DNA of 64,000 nucleotides from Cirrosporium novae-zelandiae (Eukaryota): NCBI GenBank assembly GCA_026023565.1, contig JAPETS010000016.1, positions 558,001 to 622,000 of the forward strand, read 5' to 3'. Shown piece by piece: positions 53,858 to 64,000 of this stretch (position 1 is its first letter; each line of letters starts with the position of its first letter). The notes under the pieces were generated by a model. It saw only the letters and a program-made list of their open reading frames with translations, ran no database searches and was not told where the DNA came from. The position numbers and the translations under genes were made by a program.

Positions 53858-56800
53858 TCAGGATTCTTCGTTTTCGTTTTCGTTTTTGTTCTCATCCCCT
53901 TCTAGAAACCGGTGGCACAATTCACGAAACCCACCATCATTACTTGGACTCCTATCAATCATTTCCCCTCCAGCACCCAACCCGAAGCCCAGGTCCGACC
54001 CCTCTACATCATCCCCTAAACCTTTACCGAGCACATTTTCGAGATTTACAACCGGCACCATGCTGGGGCGACCATGTGCACACATAAAAGGGAATTTGCA
54101 CCTTGCTAGCCTTCTTACTAGGGTCGTGCATTCTTCTATAGAGAGGTGGTCGTTGAACATGATGGCACTGCGGCAAGAGCGAGAGTTAAGTAGCTCGATG
54201 AGAGCTTGAGGGCAGTTTGGTAGGACCTGAGGCCAGGAAGCTTGAGAGGATGTGGCTGCGGTGGGGCTGGAAGGAGTGGCTGATGATGTTGGTTTTGGTG
54301 GTAGTGGGATGCTGAGATTTTTGCTATTGTTGGTATCTCGATTCCAGATTTCATTTCGGAGGAGATTGATGATATGTTTAGGTTCGAGTTTGCATCTTTC
54401 TGAAATACCTGGTGGTAAAGTAATCACTGAAATCTTCTGCTGTTGCTTACTAGTCAGCTCTGGTTTTGAGCCTGTCAGCGATGAAGGCGTAGCGTTATAT
54501 AAGATACCCCAGCGAGCAAAATATTGCGCGTGTTTAACAAGTAGATCATATTCGCGCTTAGGGACTTTGAACGTAATTGGCTTTTCGAGAACAATTGCTA
54601 GGATATCTGATGCATAATTAAGGTCTGATCGTACATTCTTGATCTGGTCATTCGGTGGACAGCATAATTCTTCAAAAAGAGCTTCAACTCGACAGCGCTC
54701 ATCTGCTGCATGTTGGTCAATGAGAATGAGTAAACTACTTTCAGACTTTTGTGATGTGACCTCCTTTTCAGATGCTGCATTTGTCAACGTAAGTATAAAT
54801 TTTTCCCCCACTTGAGCAATGATCTTAGCATTTTGCAGCCCTTGCCGAGATACCTTTCTTGAGACCGAGATTCCGGGATCTTCGAATGACTTTTCCCATT
54901 CGCTAGATCCCGTCCACCTATGACAGTGGCCTTTGCAACCACCGACAGGAGTAGGGGAGATTGCTTCTTCGACAGATATTTGAGGAATTGGCAATTCTGG
55001 CTGTTCGAATACCGGATTCTCCCAGGATTTAAGAAATTTCCCAATCCAGAAATTTGCAGACGGGGTCTTTGGAGGCTCACTGGAACTGCGGGAAAGAGAT
55101 ATACGAGGACCACCATGGTAGAAACTAGAGCGAGAACTTGGCGTTGTGAGGGGCCTTTGAACATTATCTCTTACGACTAGACCTGTGCGAGAGTTGAGCA
55201 AGACGGCTGCTTTTGTGACTGGACTAGTCCAGGAGATTAATGCATCGCCTGTGTTCTTGTCACATTCTTCTACTAGTTTTGTATCATTGAGTGGCTGTTT
55301 CCCTTCAGCATCAATCTTGGCCTCTTCGGCTATAGGTGAAGTAGCATGTATTAATCCAGGCCGTGCACTTTGTTCATTTTGCGACTTGCAAGCCTCTTTT
55401 GAAATAGCATTCAAGGAGCCTTCTCTTACCCCAACTTTAATTCTGCTCCAGCTTCCAAAAGAATCTGTAGGTGACGTTTGTGAGTGTCGGGAAAAATCCA
55501 AAGGGAGAGAGCTACTTCTTGAATATACGTCCGGAGATCCAGTATGCCTGTTTTGTCGTGATATCAAATGACTCTTCGTCGTAGATGAGTAACTACCATC
55601 AACCATCTTTTGTCTTTTGGCCTCAGAGGTCTCAATTGACTTTGTTAGTTCCAACCCGGCTCTCTGCGTTCTCTTTCGCTTGGGTTGGAAATAATTATCT
55701 TCAAGAAATCGTGTCGCAACAGCTCGTAAAAGTTCAATGATTGCTTCCATAAACTGTTCTGATGGGGTCTGATCAAAATGAAACAAGTCCGGATTTGACT
55801 GCCTTGTTTCAATTTGAAGAAAGAACATAGGCCAGCGATCAACCCCTTTTCCATTGCCTTTCAGTCTTTTCAGTGTGTAGCCATCTTGTTTATAGCGACG
55901 ATCTTTCCGACGTCTTTCTGCTTGTTTATCGTCAATTTCATCATCGATAACTCCGAATCTAGAGGCTTCGAAAGTGCGGTTGACTTCAGCGAAAAGGATA
56001 TTTTTAGAGTCGGTTAGATCAATTGGATGTATGCCCAAAGATATAAATTGCGTGTGCTTCGTCGGTGCGGGTTCAAGAGAGACAAGACCACGAACAGTTA
56101 GTAGCGACGTCCTTGCAGATACTGTAAGCCAGGAATCAAATTCAGAAGGGTCAATGAGTCTCGCTGATGACAGGATACTCAGGACCCGGTTTTTGTTGAA
56201 GACAAATATATGAGCTGGATCGTGATTTTTATCGGTTGTGCCCAAGTCGCTGGTCAATGTATTTCCACGAATGTGAAACCTTCGCTTTCCTGCAGGGTCT
56301 CTGACAATCAAGGCAACGGGTGCACTGATTGAAAGAAGTAGTCCAACAAGTCTTTTGTTTAATACTTCATAGTAACCTTCATAACCTAATCGATCATCAA
56401 GGGATATCGCACGCTGCTTTATACGAACTGGCATATTTCCAAATAGGTTGTTGACGGTAATCTTTGTTCCGTGTTCTCGACATGATAACTGATAATGCGT
56501 GGGAGCTGGTAGGAGTCTGGATATTGGCTTGGAGTGGTGTATACTGAGTGAACTATGCGAGTTGTAGAGATGACTGTGGGATGTAATAGTGAGGAGGGAG
56601 AGGGAGGCAACAGAGGCCAGGAATGTACCATTTTGACCGAAGACTTGACCGGTTTGATTATATCGGGATGTGCCTACAGTTTTAATTAGCGAATGCTTAA
56701 TATTAAGGTGAAGAGAATAGATAAACACGAACAGTATAATTTGGCTAGACCTCCATCTTCATTGAATTCATCAGGGCTAATTCCTAAACCATCATCTTCT

Positions 56801-56979
56801 ACAACGCATCCTCCACGTTTGAAATCCACAAGTACATCAATGTTGTTGGCTCCTCCATCCAGAGCATTCTGAACAAGTCCAAATATAACATCTCCGAGGG
56901 AAGTGATAGTAACGGAGGATTCGATCTGAGCTACAGTTTCTGAAGGCAAGGGTTTAATGGGGGCAACTGGAGTGACCAT
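53858..56979 (-). CDS. MLH3: DNA mismatch repair / meiotic crossover protein Mlh3
   Basis: Exon 1 56979-56733 with GHKL ATPase motifs (NALDGGA, VEDDGLGI), intron 56732-56674, exon 2 with NLFGNMPVR, endonuclease motif DQHAADERCRVE, SCRSAIMFND and FPFMCAHGRPSMVP. Confidence 0.95.
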
Positions 56980-57876
56980 GAGCGTGAGAAATGTTGCAAT
57001 TTTGAAATGGGACGTTGTGTTTGGTTTCTATCGGGTATCCAAGTAAGACAGTAAAAAGATAAAACGATGGTGATACCGGTTCCTTCACGGTGGGCGCCAC
57101 TTCCTTTTTGGACTGGTGTAACAGCAAGGGGAGATCATTGATGATTATGGCTTGAAGAGAAGATTAACAGTGAAATATGATAGATCATCAGATGGTTGGA
57201 TGGGTAAATAATACCAAGTACACATTAGATAATAGTCTAATGCATGGGTAGGTAGTACAGTAATGGATAGTGATGATGAAATGGATGTTTTATAATTCAG
57301 GGTCGTTTGACACAGACGCACGGGACAGTCTCGGTTGATTGAATTGTTGATTTGCGGAGATGACGCCAGATGAAGGGGGTTTGGGGGGCCTAATTGAACT
57401 TGATTGGGATGGTCCCAGGCCCAAGCAGGATCAAGCAGGATCAAGCTTTCTGACCATTGGTATGATGAGGCCTACTCGGGCCTGCTCAATGCCTAACACA
57501 GGACACTCGTCGCCAAACCCATCAGTGCCCGTCACCCCAAGGTTGAAAGACAGATCTCTTCCTGTCCCAACCACTATCCTATTACTACTACTAAACTCTT
57601 CCTTTATCTTTCAATCATTCTTTTCAAATTGTAGTACCTGAGATCTACAGAGATCTCGTTTTGCTATATAATTATCTTACGCGACGTCTCCAACGTTCAG
57701 TCTCCTAGAAGATATAAGGGTCCAACACCTCATTCCACTTGAGCAAACATTATCACCTTTCAACCCCCTCTTTGCATCCAACACCTAACTCTTGACCGGA
57801 ACAACACGCCAATAATTATACCACCTCACATCTTTCATCATCTCCTTACAATCCTTATTTAATCAAATCACACGAA

Positions 57877-59358
57877 ATGGCCACTGCAGAGGCTGCCACG
57901 AGACCACACGGTACGTGGCTGAGCAATAGCCAAGTCTTTCTTTTCTCCTTGCTGGATCAACTAACATTTATTTTTTTTGTCTTCTTGTTTTCTTCCTTCA
58001 TCTCTCAGAAACAAACATCAAAATAACAAAGCTAATTCCTCACCATGTTGTCAGACCGCCACACTAGGAGACGCCCCTTTTCATCATGGATGAAGCGTCT
58101 TACAAATCTGAAAACAGCATCGGCAGATCATACACCGGGAAAAAGGACTCTTCCATTATCAAAAACGAGGAAATCATCGGGGGCAAAAAATAACCCTTAT
58201 CCGTTGTCTGGTCGCGTCAATGATCAAGGCTCTACAAATGGCAATAATCGTCTAGCATTCTCTACACCACCTTCTCGGAGCTCAGAGTCAGGTTCGTCGA
58301 GTCGACGATCAGCTCCTGGTTCGGCTGATGGACACCCACCACCTACTATTGGCAACAAGTCTTGCGCGCCAACTTTGGCAACAAACCCGGATACTATACA
58401 ATCCGAAACTGCACGTTCCAAGGCTGGAACCAGTGCTACCGTTGGGGTGAGCACCAAAGGTGGAGGAGAAGGTAGTACATTTTCCTCTCCAGCGCCTTCG
58501 GAGAGATCTTTGACAACAACTCTTACAACCGTTCATTCCGCTGCAGTGTCTGCCATGCTTCCCCCAGGGAACGGTCAAGGAAATGGAACAATCCCCATAG
58601 TAAACCATAATGGGCAACATAGTCAGCAACAATCCGTAACGTTCTCACATCAGTTCCCTACCAACACCACTCCTGCCTCGGCAGTGCCGGCCCATTTAGC
58701 TCCGCACGGTACCCATCCGATGACGTATGCTTCTGCGACTGCCAACAATGTGCTGAATGATAATGCATCCATTCTCACACTTGCATCTTCCTCGAAACGA
58801 GGAAGAAGAAGAAACTCGTTAGATACCAATGCCTCGATTCGCGCACTCGCTCCCTCTTCAATATTTGGTGGTAGCCGAGAAAGTCTACCATTAAGCACCC
58901 TCAGTGGCACTCCGGCTGAAGGAGTTGGTCCCTCCACCGTTCAGGCTGGTCGTCCAAGTCTTGGAGGAATTGCTAATACTGAGCGTACCAGCGTCTACTC
59001 TTCTTCTGGAGTTGCACCTGCTCTCAGTAGTGAGCGAAATAGTTACTATGCTAATAAGCAAGTAGCAGGTGGTGATGGTGGAAGTGTTAGAAGTGGCCGA
59101 GCTGGTCATGGACGAAATGACAGTCTCGCCGGTAGCAGCATCCATGGGACAACAGCGACAACCAGTCCACTTACCAGCCCAATTCCTCGAGACATAGCTG
59201 GCCCAGGACGAGGTAGTCGCAGAAGTTCTGGTTTGGGTGAGGTGCCTGGTGAAGAAGTTGGCGGAGAAGAGGAGAAGCCCGACGGTGCAATAGTTGAAAT
59301 AACTAAGAGCAATTCAAGCAAGGACGACTTGAAAGAGATTGTTGTGAAGGAGGAATAA
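57877..59358 (+). CDS. Conserved fungal Ser/Thr/Gly-rich, largely disordered protein
   Basis: Exon 1 57877-57910 (MATAEAATRPH); intron 57911-58054 restores frame into DRHTRRRPFSSWMKRL. Motifs DNASILTLASSSKR and SLDTNASIRALAPSSIFGGSRESLPLS. Confidence 0.8.
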
Positions 59359-59872
59359 TATATTTTTACGTGGAAAGTGCTAGCAGAATGGCTATTGGCT
59401 TGGGGGATGTTGTCTACAGCAATGGATCGATGAGAATGAATGTGACATGGTCGAGAATGAAGATTATTAAAGACGTTAGTTTCCATGATCGACGAGGTCA
59501 CCTTGGCGTTTTGGGAGTTTTGTTTTGGTTCAATCTTCATGGCCATTATACCCAGTCTCTAGGCCGAGGCATGAGGTCCGAAAATGCAAGGGAATATTAT
59601 TTATCTCTCATACTTTACTGAATTAATGATGCTTGACTCCGAATCAATCATGTTGGTGACAAAATTTCCTGGCTTGGTGTTAACATTTCTTCTGTTGATA
59701 TGGATGACATGGATTATATTCATCTTCTTATTAACTGTCCTAAACTCTTGGACTAATTGCCATATAAACAAACGCTTTTGGGCTGAGCTGAAGACAGACA
59801 GGCCCACCCAGTCGGTATCAAAATCCCCTTACGCCTATATTTCTTCCTCCACAAGATCCCCATGTCCATCCA

Positions 59873-60703
59873 TTACTCCTTTTTTAGTTCGTTATCCCAT
59901 TTGACATCAACAATGGCCAGTTGATTACCGATGCCCCTACTCCTCGCCTCCCTAATAATAGAATCCGTCGCCGACGCACCCACCCTCTCAGCTCCGGCGG
60001 CTGTAACCCTTACAAAATCATCAAAATTTCTTATTCCTCCAGCAGCCTTGACCTTGGTCCAACTGCCCTTGCAGCATTCGACCATTAACGCCACATCGTC
60101 AGCCGTAGCTCCCTTGGCCTCAAATCCACCATCTTCACCATCTCTCTTAGCAAACCCAAACCCGGTCCCTGTTTTTACATACTCCACCCCAACCCTGACG
60201 CAAATCTCGCACAGCCTAATAATATGTTCCCGTTTCAGAAACCCATTCTCGAAAATCACCTTCAGCACGCCCCCCGTCGTCCCCGTGACAGCCTGGTTCA
60301 GCTTCTGAATCTCGCGCTCCACATAATCCCAATCCCCGCCAAGCACCCGCCCTACATTCACCACGGCATCTATCTCCGTAGCCCCATCCCTTAGTGCCTG
60401 CGTGGCCTCGAACACCTTCACATCTGTGCTAGATGTCCCCTGTGGAAATCCCACCACGGCCGCGATGGCGACGGGCGAGCCAAAGAGAACCGAGTGTGCG
60501 AGTTTGACCGCCGAGCCCGGCACGCATACCGCGGCGACAGAGTGCTTCAGAGCGAGGTGGAGACCCGATCGGATGGCGGCGGGGGTTAGGGCCGGGTGGA
60601 GGAGGGAGTGGTCGATGGATTTTGCGATTTTGGGCAGCGAGGTTCGGATGTAGGATTTGCGGGTGTGGGGTTTGGGCGTGGAGGGGGAGGTGGGAGATGA
60701 CAT
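59873..60703 (-). CDS. deoC: Deoxyribose-phosphate aldolase (DERA/DeoC)
   Basis: Motifs IDHSLLHP, VVGFPQG, GATEIDAV, LKVIFE, VKTGTGF (Schiff-base Lys), VKAAGGIR and RVGAS. Intronless. Confidence 0.95.
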   Translation of the reverse strand: MSSPTSPSTPKPHTRKSYIRTSLPKIAKSIDHSLLHPALTPAAIRSGLHLALKHSVAAVCVPGSAVKLAHSVLFGSPVAIAAVVGFPQGTSSTDVKVFEATQALRDGATEIDAVVNVGRVLGGDWDYVEREIQKLNQAVTGTTGGVLKVIFENGFLKREHIIRLCEICVRVGVEYVKTGTGFGFAKRDGEDGGFEAKGATADDVALMVECCKGSWTKVKAAGGIRNFDDFVRVTAAGAERVGASATDSIIREARSRGIGNQLAIVDVKWDNELKKE

Positions 60704-62501
60704 CTTGAGATTGGATTTCGTTCGTGGGGGTATGTGTTTCGAGGGATGGAGGTATTATTGTATAGTATGGTATGGTATATGATATAGTTATCCGCTGGGT
60801 AGTATCAATTAACCAATTGAAAAAAGCAAGGCGTCCTAAAAGACTTTTTTAATTCGAATTTGGATGTCTTTCTTTTCATCAATCGGGTTGAAGAGGATGA
60901 TGGTAATTGTAATTGTAAATAATCCCAAAGAAGACCGCCCAAGAAGAGGTTAATTAGGTCGTTGACTCAAGATAAATAAATATCCGAAGAGGAAGAGGAG
61001 GAGAAGAAGGATGGGGTCCCAAAAATCGAAAAAGGAAGAATTTTTTTTAGGTCTCAGAGTAAGATAGATGTATTCATTCACTCACTGCTGGTCGTGAGAA
61101 GAAGGCGGGGGGAGGTCCTAACCCACTCTTTATATACCCTGCATCCCATCCCATCCCATATGCACGTACTCTAACACGCATGACTATTTAGGGAGGGGTC
61201 GGGGGGGGGGGGTAAAACCGTTCGATCAGAGTCACGGTCACGTTCTCTCTTGTTTTGTTTGTCACACCGACCAGGGTTGTTTCGTTTTCATTTCATTTTA
61301 TTTTCGTTTTGATTTTTGGTTGGTTGGTTAGGAATTAAGAAAGAGAAAAAAAGTACTGTACTTGGTTTGGATTCCGGATCTTACGATCTTTCTCTTTGGG
61401 ATTGTTGGGCATTGGGGATTGGGCATCATCTAGGTGTGTAATGTATAGTAGGGGATACATACCTGCCTTACTACTCGAGTACTGTGCACCTTTTATTTTT
61501 TTTGTAGTAGTCTATGTATTGGATGATTGAGTGAATGCACGAATGGATGGGATGGGTGCGGGGAAAGGACCGGCTATGTGTAACTAGTTTAATGTACCTT
61601 AGGTAGTTTACTTGCATTTTGTATTTTTAGGGTATTTTAGGGTATTTACTCGCGTAATTAGGGAGGTCAAGTGACTTGACTTGGGGTTTTTGGTTGAAAG
61701 GGGTTTCTTTGGTTTTTTTTTGGTTTTTTTTAATATATATATCTTTTTTTCTTTTTTTGAGAGGAGTTGGATGATTGAGTTGTTAACTACCTAGGTATGT
61801 ATGTGATGTTATTGAGATGATATGTTTTATATATATATATGAACTTATAGATAAGAGTCAAGGTAAGTAATGCTGAAATGAAAGTTGGAGTACTGTACTA
61901 CTGTACTACTAATACTAGCAGTTAGTAAAAGTACGCGGGAGGCCCTCCCGCCTCGGTGAATTACCGGAATTACCGCTTCAGGACTAGCTTAGTACCGTTT
62001 GCTCCGCTTGACCCACCCCCATTTTCTTGTTTCCGTTATTCTCATTTCAAGATGGTCCAGCCCACCGTCTTAACTTTGACCTCTTCTTCTAAATGAGATA
62101 TTCCAGACGATGGTGAAATTTCCTTTTTTTTTTTTTTAACTGTTGGATTTGGTGATGAGATTATTTGTGCTGGGTTGATAACACTTTGATGCTGATGGCG
62201 ACTGTGGGCTTTGGACAGAGATTCCTATGCGCAACAAACGACTGACTACAGAGTATATATATTTCAGGCAGACCACTCGGAGCAAGCTCAGATCCGCAAT
62301 CTCCAGTGCATTATATGGAGCGATCCATAAGATCATGGTCGAAGAGTCATGAAATTGCACATATGCGAAATATATTCCACCTCTGGGCCTTTTTCGTTTT
62401 TTTTTTTCAAACCCCAAAAATGACCAATTGGATAACATACATGACATGCATACCAGGTCAATGTTTCTTCTCTTCCACATCTCACCTCACCTCACAGAAT
62501 C

Positions 62502-63108
62502 TTAATCTTGTACCTTCCCACCCACAGTGACCTTCTCCGAGGGCAACACAGTAACCACCATTCTCGCCGTCTCCGTCTCGCTGGTGTTCCTCCACGAGTG
62601 CATGGTCCCTCTATGGATCAACACATCCCCGGCACGCAGCCTCCGTGTCTCGCCACTATCAAGAACCAACTCAACTAGTTAATTGCAAGATCCAGTTAGT
62701 CAGTGGCTGCCCACATCGTCTCTCTCGGGATCAAAAAAAAAAGAACCAAAGAAATGAAATGAATCCCTTACTCTCTCCGGCCGTCATGACGCCAATATCT
62801 AGACTCTGTGTGCGATGCATGGATGATGCCGTGGTAACGCCGGCTTCCGGGGGCCATTCGCAGATGATAGTCGTGCTACCGCTCGTGGGAATCAGACCGA
62901 GGGATGGTGATGCGACACGGGTTTCGTGGGCCGTGAGGTCGGCGTCGTTGGTGAAATCAACGGGGAGTGGTCCCGGCTGGCTGTAGAGAATGGCGACGCG
63001 CGGATTGAGCAGCTTGACATTCAAGGATCTGAAGACCGAGTAGCCTTGGGGGTCGTGGGTTGTGATGTAGGTGGTTGGGATGGTTGGGGATGGGACTGGG
63101 GATGCCAT
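62502..63108 (-). CDS. Cupin-domain protein
   Basis: Exon 1 63108-62772, intron 62771-62675, exon 2 62674-62502. Motifs MHRTQSLDIGV-GEIELVLD and GDVLIHRGTMHSWRN. Confidence 0.9.
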
Positions 63109-63691
63109 GGTGAGAAGGAATTGAAGCTGGGCGTGAATTGGATGGACTGATGATAGGCACGTACGGGTGTGGCCATGATGTAGAGTATATATCAAACATC
63201 AGTTAAACTTCTCTTGTTCACGTCCTTAAGTCCGCCACAGATTATAAAAATCATAGGGCTTGTTTGTTGCTAATTCCACAAAGTCCGCCAAGCTAACTGA
63301 GCCAATCAGATCAAAGCAGCCACTATACCCTTAAAGTCAACTCGAACATCAAAGAAGAAATAATAATTACAGTGCTCCTACACAAGTCATGGACACGAAC
63401 AGTTGCATTTAATTTGTGTATTCATCCTATAAGTAAACTAAACTAATTATAATGGTATCATCAATTTCATACACTGTCGTCAAACTTGCATCATCATCAG
63501 CAGACATTAAAGTCGTCTGTCATCAATGGATCATGCTATTTGCTGTGTTTTTACTTTTTTTCTGAAAATTTCACTTTCTTTGCTCCTCTGTTCAAGGCCC
63601 ATGGTCATAACTATACCCAGCAGCAGTCACAACTCTAACCCATGTAGGTATGTATGGATGAATGTATGTGTATATATATGGGTATATATAT

Positions 63692-64000
63692 TTACGCCAC
63701 ACCTTTGTTTGCCTTCTTTGCTCTCCTCTCATTCTTCCTCTTGAAGTCACTGGCCAGCGTCTGGGCAAACTTGCTCCTCTCTCTAAACCAGTATCCTTTG
63801 AAGTAGAAAACATAGATTGGAATGGTCACGCATATCGCAATGCAACCCAATATCGTAGTCGGCCATTCGAGCTTGTACTTGCTGCCAACGTTTTCATAAA
63901 AGGGCATCGAGTACATGGCTGCTACACCGGCTAAGAAGTCTCTGGCGAAGCCGTTTCCACCAGTGGCAGATGCAGAATAGGGACCATAGGCTGCAACCAT
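63692..64000 (-). CDS. MFS transporter (DHA1-like drug:H+ antiporter), C-terminal fragment
   Basis: AYGPYSASATGGNGFARDFLAG...IPIYVFYFKG..FRERSKFAQ; the gene enters from the window end. Confidence 0.85.
   Translation of the reverse strand: MVAAYGPYSASATGGNGFARDFLAGVAAMYSMPFYENVGSKYKLEWPTTILGCIAICVTIPIYVFYFKGYWFRERSKFAQTLASDFKRKNERRAKKANKGVA

Overview
Eukaryotic DNA from a filamentous ascomycete (Pezizomycotina): short GT-AG introns with CTAAC/CTAAT branch sites, microsatellite-rich intergenic DNA and AT-rich degenerate patches. About 20 protein genes can be modelled by hand: Ahc1-like (partial), Med5, Vtc1, an Alba-domain protein, a conserved hypothetical protein, an aldo/keto reductase, NADP-glutamate dehydrogenase, an R3H/SUZ protein, a ZCCHC10-like zinc knuckle, Cwf18, a PPR protein, Rae1/Gle2, PTAR1/Ecm9, an orphan coiled-coil protein, an SH3-RasGEF, Mlh3, an S/T-rich conserved protein, DERA, a cupin and an MFS transporter (partial). 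The highlights are a non-canonical AT-AC intron with a U2-type branch point that splits the CCHC knuckle of the ZCCHC10-like gene; a doubly disrupted Fic (AMPylase-type) gene in a degenerate accessory island; two unexplained structured non-coding islands (about 28.3-28.5 kb and 52.4-52.5 kb); and a dispersed TAC-N4-GTA palindrome family. All calls come from manual reading and motif recognition; no searches were run.
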